DNA from: Octopus bimaculoides
Lineage: Eukaryota
Length of the DNA stretch: 48,138 nt
Assembly (NCBI RefSeq): GCF_001194135.2
Contig: NC_068992.1
Span: forward strand, 53,721,090 to 53,769,227
Direction of reading: 5' to 3'
The notes beneath the pieces were generated by a model. That model was not told the DNA's origin and made no database searches. It was given only the letters and a program-made list of their open reading frames with translations. Below, one piece after another: positions 26,932 to 38,760 of this stretch. A program made the translations under genes and the position numbers. Every line of letters begins with the position of its first letter. The stretch's first letter is position 1.

Positions 26932-27708
26932 GTGAGTGCTTTATGTATAGAATTCAATTATGTATGTATGTGCATACAAGTATTAAAAAAAAATCGTATC
27001 TTAGTCTTTGTGATGCATGAAAAAGCGATTGATAAAAAAAAAAGCATTTTACCAAAAATAATAAATAAATAAATAATAAGCGTCGAACAATTCCAACCGC
27101 TCTGGATGAAGATTCGAAGATAGTTCACGTCATAAATTTAGCACATCTAAAGGAATATCAAAGATACGTCGAATGAATTAAAACAATTAATTAATCGATG
27201 GTGAAGAGTAAATTTAAACATCACAAGGGGGGTAAATGAAAGAGGTTAACCGGCAGGATTAAATTAATAAACGGAGAGTCTGACCTTTCCAGATTCTTGA
27301 AATCATACATAAATACTTATTTAAGGATTGACAAATAGGATAGCTTAACAATGTTAATCGTTACTCCTCCACATGCAGGAATTATATAAATATATTTTGA
27401 GTTTAATGTCTAATCTCGGTCATGGACGACATCAAACCCTTACTAATACGTGAAATTGACCTTAATATTTTATGCAAACAGGAAACACTTGAAACTGAAT
27501 GCTCCTGCTAAGGGGTCTAGATACTTGGTAAAAGTCCTATTAAATATCCTTCGTGTTTCTTTAAGAAGAAGCATTAGTTATTTTATCGTATTTATTTAAA
27601 ACACACACTTCTGTATACATGTCTATATATACAAATATATAAACATACGCCCACACAAATACACACACATATACACTTATATAACTCTCTCTCTCTATAA
27701 AGACAGAC

Positions 27709-27771
<63 letters not shown>
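27709..27771. repeat. (GATA)n array
   Basis: Directly visible. Confidence 0.96.
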
Positions 27772-28508
27772 TGCATCCCTGCGCTGCTTTTCCTCCTTCA
27801 CCACTGAAAATAATATGTAGAACCACTTGCAATATTAATCAAGCTTCAAATTGCTCCCATATTTGAGTCTGCACTTACTTTACATACAATCATGTGATAT
27901 AGTTTAAGGGAAATGTAATTGGCCTAATTGGCTAAGATTATTTCAGCAATACTGAACATTTCGTACTAGGTCCCACTTTTATTTCAACTGAGAATCACCC
28001 TACTAAATATTTTTATAACTAATTTGTTCTAGATCTGTGAACTTGCATAACTTCTATTCTAACTACATATCGTCTGCATAGCTCTGACACTCAATCGTTT
28101 AACCTTCCCCACCGCGATGAGTTCAAGTTTGGGATTTTGAGGAAGGTAATGAAAATGATACTTGATAATTAAATGTTCATTATGTATAGTTAAACCATTC
28201 GGTGTTCATTTGTGCATCATGCATAGATCACCACCAGTATTCCCGACCTTCTGTTTTCCTTTATTTCCCCTGTGTCTGTCGATAATCTTCAGGTTATCCC
28301 TGAAAATATTGACGTCCTGTGACCTTTCACCTTAGATATTTTCTCCTCTCAATTGGTGTTGAACTTAATATAGTGCATACCTGCGTCTGTGCGTCAATAC
28401 CCTTGTCACTCCTTCGCTTATGCTACGATTATATTACACTAACACGTCTCAGTATTTTCCACAAACAACTTTATTGGAAGATACTCTAAATTTTACGTAT
28501 TTTTGCAG

Positions 28509-28597
28509 GTTTCCTCCACGTTTCTTATGCGTATAACATCGGTGAACTAGTTTGGACATGGATCTTGATGTTCCCATCCGCAGTCTTTATGATCTGA
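28509..28597 (+). CDS. Candidate exon, possibly terminal (GFLHVSYAYNIGELVWTWILMFPSAVFMI*)
   Basis: Strong acceptor TTTTACGTATTTTTGCAG|G, phase-compatible with 20783-20900; hydrophobic C-terminus. Competes with a minus-strand reading. Confidence 0.25.
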
Positions 28598-28702
28598 GTT
28601 TTGTACATTTGCTGAGATGGTGCTGTCATCTTAAGGATTCTCGTTTTGACAGCGTTGGCATCACCATTCACATCACTCAGAACAATGTCCCAAACGCAAA
28701 AT
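28525..28702 (-). CDS. Alternative candidate terminal exon (FCVWDIVLSDVNGDANAVKTRILKMTAPSQQMYKTQIIKTADGNIKIHVQTSSPMLYA*)
   Basis: 58 open codons with marked RNY codon pattern and protein-like composition; modest acceptor TACTCCATATATAG|A. Confidence 0.25.
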
Positions 28703-29303
28703 CTATATATGGAGTAATCTTTAATTATTCAGACATTACATATATTTGCATTTGCGTGCATGTGCTTACGTATGTATGTGTGTGTGTGTGTCTCTCTCTC
28801 TCCCTATATATATANNNNNNNNNNNNNNNNNNNNNNNNNNNNNNNNNNNNNNNNNNNNNNNNNNNNNNNNNNNNNNNNNNNNNNNNNNNNNNNNNNNNNN
28901 NNNNNNNNNNNNNNNNNNNNNNNNNNNNNNNNNNNNNNNNNNNNNNNNNNNNNNNNNNNNNNNNNNNNNNNNNNNNNNNNNNNNNNNNNNNNNNNNNNNN
29001 NNNNNNNNNNNNNNNNNNNNNNNNNNNNNNNNNNNNNNNNNNNNNNNNNNNNNNNNNNNNNNNNNNNNNNNNNNNNNNNNNNNNNNNNNNNNNNNNNNNN
29101 NNNNNNNNNNNNNNNNNNNNNNNNNNNNNNNNNNNNNNNNNNNNNNNNNNNNNNNNNNNNNNNNNNNNNNNNNNNNNNNNNNNNNNNNNNNNNNNNNNAA
29201 GAGAGAGAGAGATGTCATTGTTATGTTAGATCATACACGAAGATATTAATAAACGCAATAACAATTTGAGTATCGTCATCAGTACACCATTACAATCCCA
29301 CAA

Positions 29304-29365
29304 TTCCTTCCTTCCTTCCTTCCTTCCTTCCTTCCTTCCTTCCTTCCTTCCTTCCTTCCTTCCTT
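29304..29365. repeat. (TTCC)n array
   Basis: Directly visible. Confidence 0.96.
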
Positions 29366-29943
29366 TCTCCACCAAAATCATTGAATATAAACATATGTAT
29401 TTCAAATACTTTACAGAGAATTATGATTTGTCATCGCTCTGCTAATAATACATTTTTATTTTATTTTTTATTTTAGTTCTCACACTAATCTACTTATCGT
29501 TAGAAATCAAAATCTGATTATATATGTTGAGTCAACAATACCAGAGAACAATTTTAATGGGTTTGGATGGTCTTATTGAAAATAACTGATATTGTTACTG
29601 AGATAGTTGTAGTTGCAGTTTTTGCTTCTCTTGTTGTTCTTCACGTTTCTCTTTTAATTCTATAACGATGGTAGCAGTGACGATGACCGTAGAGGTGGTG
29701 GTGTTGGTGGCGGCAGAGGTGGTGACGGTGGTGGTCTTAGTGGTAATGTTAGTGATAGTCGTGGTGGTGTTGACGATGGTTCGTAATATTGATAATGTTA
29801 GATTTATTTGTTATCGTTACTGCTGTGAATATATGAATAAATAAACAAATAAGTTAATAAATGCATTAATAGGAAGATTACCTAGATGGAAATTCGTTGT
29901 TCTCTATCATCAATATGTGCATAATCGTGTTCGAGTGTACGTA

Positions 29944-29980
<37 letters not shown>

Positions 29981-30904
29981 NNNNNNNNNNNNNNNNNNNN
30001 NNNNNNNNNNNNNNNNNNNNNNNNNNNNNNNNNNNNNNNNNNNNNNNNNNNNNNNNNNNNNNNNNNNNNNNNNNNNNNNNNNNNNNNNNNNNNNNNNNNN
30101 NNNNNNNNNNNNNNNNNNNNNNNNNNNNNNNNNNNNNNNNNNNNNNNNNNNNNNNNNNNNNNNNNNNNNNNNNNNNNNNNNNNNNNNNNNNNNNNNNNNN
30201 NNNNNNNNNNNNNNNNNNNNNNNNNNNNNNNNNNNNNNNNNNNNNNNNNNNNNNNNNNNNNNNNNNNNNNNNNNNNNNNNNNNNNNNNNNNNNNNNNNNN
30301 NNNNNNNNNNNNNNNNNNNNNNNNNNNNNNNNNNNNNNNNNNNNNNNNNNNNNNNNNNNNNNNNNNNNNNNNNNNNNNNNNNNNNNNNNNNNNNNNNNNN
30401 NNNNNNNNNNNNNNNNNNNNNNNNNNNNNNNNNNNNNNNNNNNNNNNNNNNNNNNNNNNNNNNNNNNNNNNNNNNNNNNNNNNNNNNNNNNNNNNNNNNN
30501 NNNNNNNNNNNNNNNNNNNNNNNNNNNNNNNNNNNNNNNNNNNNNNNNNNNNNNNNNNNNNNNNNNNNNNNNNNNNNNNNNNNNNNNNNNNNNNNNNNNN
30601 NNNNNNNNNNNNNNNNNNNNNNNNNNNNNNNNNNNNNNNNNNNNNNNNNNNNNNNNNNNNNNNNNNNNNNNNNNNNNNNNNNNNNNNNNNNNNNNNNNNN
30701 NNNNNNNNNNNNNNNNNNNNNNNNNNNNNNNNNNNNNNNNNNNNNNNNNNNNNNNNNNNNNNNNNNNNNNNNNNNNNNNNNNNNNNNNNNNNNNNNNNNN
30801 NNNNNNNNNNNNNNNNNNNNNNNNNNNNNNNNNNNNNNNNNNNNNNNNNNNNNNNNNNNNNNNNNNNNNNNNNNNNNNNNNNNNNNNNNNNNNNNNNNNN
30901 NNNN

Positions 30905-30937
<33 letters not shown>

Positions 30938-30939
<2 letters not shown>

Positions 30940-31110
30940 TTGTTTCAGTCATTCTACTATATCCATGCTGGGGTACTGCTTTGAAGTTTTATTCGATCCT
31001 ATACCACTACGTTTCATTTTTGGAGCCTGGCTCATATTTTGTCGGGTGTGATTGCCGAACTGCTACGTTATAGGGGCGAGTCCAAACAGAAAAAAAATTA
31101 CACTCAGACA
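30938..31110 (-). mobile_element. Degenerate 3' fragment of SINE family B
   Basis: Plus strand TACTTGTTTCAGTCATT...CCATGCTGGGGTACTGCTTTGAAG...CGAACTGCTACGTTATAGGGGCG parallels 14285-14435. Confidence 0.55.
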
Positions 31111-32610
31111 CGCAAACACACACACACACATATATAGATTGAAGCTACTAAAGGAATCCAGGAAGCAGGGGGTGCCCTCACGATGCACGATGGATGAAGC
31201 ATATCAACCGATTAAGTCATGGTGTAATTTAAAATTAGAACGAAAAGGAAAGGTGAAATCCGCCATAGTTCTGCTAATCCAATGTACTGGACTTATATTC
31301 ATGTAAGTACTCGAACGCACACACGCTCACAGACTGACACACACGCGCTCACAGACTGACACACACACACACGCGTGCGCGCGGAAACATACGACAGTCG
31401 CTATGCAATAAGATGACGCCATACTTGTTTATTGCAATGTACGGGAAAGATTGGTGACAAGGATAACTTGTACTATGTATTTCATCGATTTCAGACGGCT
31501 AAAAGGCATTCGGTTCATGTAGCATTTGATCTCAGAAACACGACTGCCCGAATGCCATAAGCAATTGTGTTAAACCACAGAAAAGCCACCTATCCAATCT
31601 CCGAAAGACGCACACTAGACATATTAAATCTCACTAAGCAAAAACTTCCATTGGTGTCGAGAGTATTAATTTACTGGGGTATGATGTTTGCACATGTGAA
31701 ATAAATGAACGGTAATAATGAACGTTGAATATTCCACTACACAGAAAAATGTATCTTGTATATATTTATGTGTGTGTGTGTGTAATGTGAGTGGTGGCAT
31801 TCTCCATATATTTATGGTTATATAAATGTGCGTGACTGCGATAGTCTGTTTATATAAGCGTATGTGTTGTATATGAATGTGTATATGTCTGTAAATTCGT
31901 CAGTGATTATTTTTGAATTGATGTACAACTTCCTGAAAATATAATCTGTTTTCGTTTTATTGAGAACACAATACGATAACAATTGGATCAACGGGATTAG
32001 AAGAGGAACAGCTAAATGAGTATATATGTATGTGTTGTGTGTGCGCGTGTGTGTTTTTGTATGTATGCGCTTTTTTTTTTAATGTGTTTCTGTGTCTGTG
32101 TCTGTGCGCGCGTGTGTGCTTGCTGTCTAGTTATCAGTATATGCGTGCTCAAGTTTATATACTTAAATAAAACTTATTCGAAGAATGATAGAAAGAGGCA
32201 GAAGATGAGATAAGCCAGTTTTTATTTCAAATCCGAGCTAATTTTAGTCTTCCTTGTTTAAAAGCGAATCTATTATATGTATGTGTGTATGTGTGTGAGT
32301 AGTTTAGTTATGAGCACGCACAAATATGCACATATAGTAAAACAAATGTAAGCACGCACACACATGTATACTCACACACAAATACACATTCACACGCGCA
32401 ACGATATATATGTATATATAATTGTGTGTGTTATTTGTCTCGATAGCCATCAACTAACGGATTAACCTATCTTTAACTGATGAAGCTTATTTACCTGAGT
32501 GAAGCTTCAGTTTTCTAGATAATAATCTACGATGTATCACCAGATTAACATTACCTTTACTTTATCTTGCTAACCAGGTCACATTGTCTGAGCAATAAAT
32601 GTTGTAAGCC

Positions 32611-33260
32611 AAGGCGGCGTGTTGGCAGAAACGTTAACACGCCCAGCATAACGCTTAGCGGTATTTCGTCTGCCGTTACGTTCTCAGTTCGAATTACGCC
32701 GAGGTCGACTTTGCTTTTCATCCTTTCGGGGTCGATAAATTGAGTACCATTTATGCACTGGAGTCGATGTAATCGACTTAATCCCTTTGTCTGTCCTTGT
32801 TTGTCCCCTCCATGTTTGGCCCCTTGTGGGCAATAAAGAATTAGGAAACGTTAACACACCGGGCGAAATGCTTAGCAGTATTTCGTCTGCCGTTACGTTC
32901 TGAGTTCAAATTCCGCCGAGGTCGACTTTGCTTTTCATCCTTTCGGGTTCGATAAATTAAGTACCATCTACGCACTGGGGTCGATGTAATCGACTTAATC
33001 CCTTTGCCTGTCTTTGTCCCCTCTGTGTGTAGCCCCTTGTGGGCAGTAAAGAAATAAGAAACATTAGCACGCCGGGCCAAATGCTTAGCGGTACTTCGAC
33101 TGTCTTTTCGATCTGAGTTCAAATTCCGCCGAGGTCGATTTTGCTTTTCATCCCTTCGGGATCGGTAAATTAAATACCAATTGCGTACTAGGGTCGATCT
33201 AATCGACTGCCCCCCCTCCCCGAAAATTTCGAGCCTTGTGCCTAGAGTAGAAAAGAATAT
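32611..33260 (+). mobile_element. Head-to-tail trimer of SINE family A (one 18-nt leader plus units of 217, 213 and ~202 bp)
   Basis: Units start at 32629, 32846 and 33059, all with AAAC(G/A)TTA. Each has B-box GAGTTCAAATTCC (variant) and core GAGGTCGACTTTGCTTTTCATCCTTTCGGGGTCGATAAATTAAGTACC. Units 1-2 share one 3' tail; unit 3 has another. Confidence 0.92.
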
Positions 33261-34021
33261 TTGTTGTAAACCTACTAATAATACGAACAAAACAACAACA
33301 AAATAATGTTTTCCAATTTATCCACAATGCCAGCAATTTCAAGAGAAGTCGGTTAATCGGTTATACTGTCCCCGTATTTGACAGTCACTAAACTCTGTCG
33401 ACCCCGTGGGGGGATGGAAGTCAAAGTTAACTTCTGTTTGATTTTAAGCCAATAACCGGAAGAAATAACGCAAATCATTTTTTTATGACGCTACAACGAA
33501 TCTGTTAATCCATCACCTGAATATAATTAATCATTCAGTCACAAGGCTACTAATTTTAGTAGTAGAGTTCAGCCGATTAAATCGGAGACATTACTCCCAC
33601 TGATGCAAAGTACTTGTCAAGTGAGCGAAGTGTTTGACGACAGCTACGTATGTTGGTTTCAATTGTTCTCTGCTCTCAAAACTGTTGAACTTGTGTACCT
33701 TACTGAAAAAATGACTTATCTGATTTCAAAAAACCGACAGCATCGGCTTTGTATCTTATCCTTTCGAGATAAACGACATAAAGTATCAGTAAAATATCAG
33801 AGTCGATAGTAACAACTATAATCCTCTCTTTAAACTTGCTAGATTTGAGCCGAAATTAGGTACAATTTTTCCGAGTTCAAATCCAACCAGGGTTGACTTA
33901 ATATTTCACCCTTCCAGCGCCATGCAGTGGGGTTAGTAGTGTCGTCCAGCAGTGGGTGTCATCCTCTCAAAATCTCTGGCTTTCTGCGGCACAAGTAACG
34001 CCTGAATTAGAAACTTTGGTT

Positions 34022-34022
<1 letters not shown>

Positions 34023-34066
<44 letters not shown>

Positions 34067-34087
34067 GTAGTAGTAGTGGTAGTAGTG

Positions 34088-34143
<56 letters not shown>
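34023..34143. repeat. (ATT)n-(AGT)n compound array; a second (AGT)n lies at ~34368-34429
   Basis: Directly visible. Confidence 0.95.
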
Positions 34144-34144
<1 letters not shown>

Positions 34145-34350
34145 AGGCGGCGAGCTGACAAAATCGTTAACGCGCCGGTAAGAATGGGCACCATTTCGTC
34201 CGTCTTTACGTTCTAAGTTCAAATTCCGCCGAGATCGACTCTTTCGGGTGTTCGATAAATTAAGTACCAGTGAAACAGTGTCGATGAAATCGATTTTTCC
34301 CCTTACCCAACAATTTCAGGCCCCTTGTGCCTATCGTAGAAAGGATTACT
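34144..34350 (+). mobile_element. SINE family A copy directly after an (AGT)n array
   Basis: AAGGCGGCGAGCTGAC head, AAGTTCAAATTCCGCCGAG B-box region, tail AATTTCAGGCCCCTTGTGCCTATCGTAGAAAGGATT. Confidence 0.83.
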
Positions 34351-34379
34351 AGTATCACTACTACATGTAGTAGTAGTAA

Positions 34380-34429
<50 letters not shown>

Positions 34430-34953
34430 ATCTTTAGTTCTTTCTTTGCAAACACAAATCTGTGCATCTTCATCTTTCGCAGTGTTTCATTTTAGTTTAA
34501 TATTTTGCTATTCTTTTGGGACTACACGCATTAGGCTTTTGAATATACGTGCGATATGTTGCCTGTGCTATTTTCTCTATACCTGGCGTATGTATATATA
34601 TATCCTGCCACTTCGGAGTTGTATGCATAACAATTTTCTGCATTTTTTAAAAAGAAATTCCCAAGGCAACTATTACTATTGAGGTAGCTTCTTTTCTCTT
34701 TCCCAAGTTAGAGTTTGACTTTATTTTCTGATTTTCATACTTGTTTATTATTATTATTATCATTATTACTATTATCATTATTATTATTATTATTATTATT
34801 ATTGTTATTATTATTATTGTTGTTGTTCCTATAAATCAGACTTATTTGTACATCTTCCTTGTACCTCCTCCAATATATGATAACACTTGCCTATTTATGA
34901 AAATTAATATTATTGTTGTTGTTGTTGTTGTTGTTGTATTTGTTTTTCTGGTT

Positions 34954-35189
34954 AAGGTGGTGAGCTCGGCAGAATGTTTGGACACCCTAGAAAATGCTTA
35001 ATGGCATTTCGTCCGTCATTACATTCTGTGTTCAAATTCTATTGAGGTCGACTTTGCTTTTCCTCGTTTCAAAGCCAATGAAATAAGTACCAGTTACGCA
35101 CTGGGGGCCAATGTAATAGACTAACCTCCTCTCCACTAAAAAAAAAAAATTCAGGCATAGTGCTTATAATGGAAGGGATCATTATTATT
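34954..35189 (+). mobile_element. SINE family A copy
   Basis: AAGGTGGTGAGCTCGGCAGAA head, GTGTTCAAATTC..GAGGTCGACTTTGC core, tail ending GGATCATTATTATT. Confidence 0.78.
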
Positions 35190-35542
35190 TGAGCAGCGAG
35201 CAGGCAAAATTCTCAGCTACACTTCTCCTGGCTCTTCCTTTACGTTCTGTGATCCAATTCCACTGATGTTGACTTCACAGTACACCCATTCGTAGTCGAT
35301 AAAATTAGCACCAAGTTTTGTGTCTTTTGTAGCAAGAAATGTTGTTGTTGTTATAGTTGATGCTGATGTAGCTCCTTCTGCTGATGCTGCAGTTGCTGAG
35401 GTTGTAATAGTATCAGAAACTGCATCAAATACAACTTACATAGCACACAAACACAGACGCACGCACGACGGGTTATAGTAGGGTTAACTAAGCCAAGTAA
35501 GGCACACAAGAACCCAAGTCTTGAGTTATCCAAGTAAGTCAC

Positions 35543-35598
35543 CTGAGAACGTGTCTTTGGTCACGGATACATCAGTAGATACTTCCCAATCTATCGCG
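35543..35598 (-). CDS. Candidate 56-nt exon (xAIDWEVSTDVSVTKDTFS)
   Basis: CTTTGGTTTCGTTTCCATAG| acceptor, CAG|GTGACT donor, phase 2->1. Confidence 0.2.
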
Positions 35599-35757
35599 CT
35601 ATGGAAACGAAACCAAAGTCATGTTCTTGCTAATACAGTGCTAATACAGATTCCTCCATAGTGTTGGTCATGTATAACTTTCGTAATGATGAATACGATG
35701 ATTACAAACCTTAGCTTGCTTATCCTTTAGACTATGCTTACAATAATATGTTATTCT

Positions 35758-35885
35758 AACGCGGTGATCTGGCAGAAAACTTAGCACGCTCTGAGGTCAA
35801 ATACCGCCGAGGTCAACTTTGCCATTCATCCTTTCTGGTTCGATAAATTAAGTACCAGTTATGTGCTGGGGTCGATCTAATCGAC
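35758..35885 (+). mobile_element. SINE family A copy, internally deleted and cut by an assembly gap
   Basis: GCGGTGATCTGGCAGAAAACTTAGCACGC, then jumps to TCTGAGGTCAAATACCGCCGAGGTCAACTTTGCC...GGGGTCGATCTAATCGAC before the N-run. Confidence 0.8.
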
Positions 35886-36650
35886 NNNNNNNNNNNNNNN
35901 NNNNNNNNNNNNNNNNNNNNNNNNNNNNNNNNNNNNNNNNNNNNNNNNNNNNNNNNNNNNNNNNNNNNNNNNNNNNNNNNNNNNNNNNNNNNNNNNNNNN
36001 NNNNNNNNNNNNNNNNNNNNNNNNNNNNNNNNNNNNNNNNNNNNNNNNNNNNNNNNNNNNNNNNNNNNNNNNNNNNNNNNNNNNNNNNNNNNNNNNNNNN
36101 NNNNNNNNNNNNNNNNNNNNNNNNNNNNNNNNNNNNNNNNNNNNNNNNNNNNNNNNNNNNNNNNNNNNNNNNNNNNNNNNNNNNNNNNNNNNNNNNNNNN
36201 NNNNNNNNNNNNNNNNNNNNNNNNNNNNNNNNNNNNNNNNNNNNNNNNNNNNNNNNNNNNNNNNNNNNNNNNNNNNNNNNNNNNNNNNNNNNNNNNNNNN
36301 NNNNNNNNNNNNNNNNNNNNNNNNNNNNNNNNNNNNNNNNNNNNNNNNNNNNNNNNNNNNNNNNNNNNNNNNNNNNNNNNNNNNNNNNNNNNNNNNNNNN
36401 NNNNNNNNNNNNNNNNNNNNNNNNNNNNNNNNNNNNNNNNNNNNNNNNNNNNNNNNNNNNNNNNNNNNNNNNNNNNNNNNNNNNNNNNNNNNNNNNCACA
36501 CACACACACACACACGTTTATAGTTCGAAGGTAGATCTGTAACCGAGCAGCCAGGGATTTGAACAAAGTTATCTTAAGCGCGCTATGTTCATGTTTGCAA
36601 TAAAATTATGTGATCTCACTGACGTAATGTCTAAGGCAGAGAGGGAGAGA

Positions 36651-36659
<9 letters not shown>

Positions 36660-36736
<77 letters not shown>
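36660..36736. repeat. (GA)n array
   Basis: Directly visible. Confidence 0.96.
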
Positions 36737-36738
<2 letters not shown>

Positions 36739-37319
36739 TGTATATATTAGTCTCCACAAATGCATATTACTAATGTACGTCTGTTCATGATTTGTCTGAT
36801 GTTGTTTATGATTGACATGATATTTATCAGCAAACTTTAGATTACAATCTTTTGATATATATTTTTATCATAGGTTGACTAATATGATAGTCAATGCTTC
36901 CTTTGCATGATAAATACTGATATTATATATGAACTAATAACGTATCTAACTTTCTATGCACATATCTTCGGTTCACTATAGACATTAGACAATATTATAT
37001 GCAGTTATCTCATTCTAATAACGGTCTATAGTTGGTGTATGTCTATAGACATATAATTCGACCATAGTTCTTTAATACTACTATTTTTAGCAGTCCCTCA
37101 TAGGATTAGAATTGATTCAGTTGCCATTTGAACTTAGAACGTACACCACCATACTTCGTGACAAGTTATTTCGTCCGACGCTCGAATGATTCTCCCAGTT
37201 CGCTGTGCTAACGGGAAATTGAACTCCCACGAATTCGAACTACCGACGTAGTCACTGATGTTATTTGTAGATCTGCTCCCAAACTTCCTGCTACAATGCT
37301 GTCGTATCCAATGTTAATA

Positions 37320-37505
37320 TATTATTTTTAATGTAGGAATAGAGCCGACAATTTAAGAGGCGGTGTTAGTCGATGAAGCCATCCCCATTGTTCAACTGGT
37401 ACTCTATTCTGTGAACTCAGAAAAGCTATAGTTAAATGACAAAGTTTACCTCAGATTCAAACTCAGAACGAAAATATCCAGAATAAATACCACCAAGCTT
37501 TTTCA
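37320..37505 (-). mobile_element. Highly decayed SINE family A copy
   Basis: Plus-strand CAACTGGTACTCTATT...GACAAAGTTTACCTCAGATTCAAACTCAGAACG is the reverse complement of the core and B-box. Similar remnants at ~20520-20720, 31420-31560, 33315-33480 and 45790-46060. Confidence 0.5.
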
Positions 37506-38577
37506 CTGAAACTGCAACGAATCTCCCAACGTCCGCTTGTTATCCAATGTTAAACGATGACGTGATTAACTACCCAATAACTATATTAAACATTATCATT
37601 TGACGTTATTCACTGTGCTGTAATGATTGTATTGGTTTTCCTTTGATAATTAAATGCACAGCTTCTAGTTCTTTAATTATATTGCCATTTAATGAAGAAA
37701 GCGCTATGACCGTTGAAATATAAAAAGTTTTGATGTGTGTGTCTTACGTCATTGTATTTTATTGTATTTTTTTTTTATTTGAGCAGATATACATCAGAAA
37801 AATAATGACATCCCTCAAACAGATATATTGCATAAATATACGAAATCACATGTATTGTTTACACCTGACAACTATATTTATTTCTACAATAGGAAAACGT
37901 TTACAGTTAGTGATAAAACTCTATTTTAGATCTGCGACCAAATTAGATTGTTTGAGGAAGCATAAGCAGCTAGAGGTAGCAGTCAGACGTCTCAGAAATG
38001 ACACACTAGTTGTGCTTATGCATTCTTATGCCTGCACTGGTTGATCAAACTTATGACTGAATTCTTTGAGACTAACCACTGCATCATTCTTTCGGTGGAC
38101 TACATCATCATATGTCTCTTTCCATTCTTGAGACAACAAAGTTTAGTTTAAAGGATACACACTTGTTGTTACTAGTTGAATGAGTGAGCATATATAACCT
38201 GTCTCGTTGTTTTACTTCACTCGCACACTTATGCAAACGAACAATAAGTTCATAAAGGACACAAATACATTAGATTATTTAGACAATTTTACATTGTCTG
38301 CAAAAAGCAGTAGACGCTCATGGCAGTGTTAATGGCATTGTTCTGAAATAGTTTGAATCAAATATGACCAGACGCAAAGTACTTTGAATTTTCTGGGAGA
38401 TAATTCTTACTGATAAACAAATATTTTACTATTCATCAAGCTAGGTTATTTTAAGCTGTTCATGTGTAGAACATTTTAAAAGAGCTTTGATATGGTAGAG
38501 ATATTATTATTCCTATGAAAAATTTAGATCAAATATCATGTTCGATATAGATTTACATTTATGTCATTGTATTGATC

Positions 38578-38760
38578 AAACATAAGATGTAGGTGAATTA
38601 AACAAAACATGATGTAGAGACTGAAAACATATTTTAGTCATCTAATGCTGATTTGTGTCAGCACGACGTTCACTTTCAAATGGTTCCGTATCAGATAATT
38701 GACATGTGTACTCCAGTTCAGATCCTCATCAATACTGAACACAAGTTATCCAAGGTGAAT
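38578..38760 (-). mobile_element. Decayed CR1/L2/Jockey-group LINE RT C-terminal fragment
   Basis: Minus strand reads HLG*LVFSIDEDLNWSTHVNYLIR...LYIMFCLIHLHLMF, resembling YLG..ID..LNW..HI..L and LY.SLIH.HL.YG. Confidence 0.5.

Noticed and set aside
10002-31365. Small tandem duplications (21 bp at ~10002, ~25 bp at ~13135, 12 bp at ~19937, ~22 bp at ~31320)
   Set aside because: Ordinary slippage or repair duplications with no further structure.
32611-33260. Possible CRISPR-like or satellite array
   Set aside because: Units are ~215-bp SINE bodies with no repeat-spacer structure; eukaryotic context and no cas genes.
38662-38754. Plus-strand candidate exon HDVHFQMVPYQIIDMCTPVQILINTEHKLSK with an AAG|GTGAAT donor
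   Set aside because: It lies antisense to a recognisable LINE RT remnant, which explains the open frame more simply.
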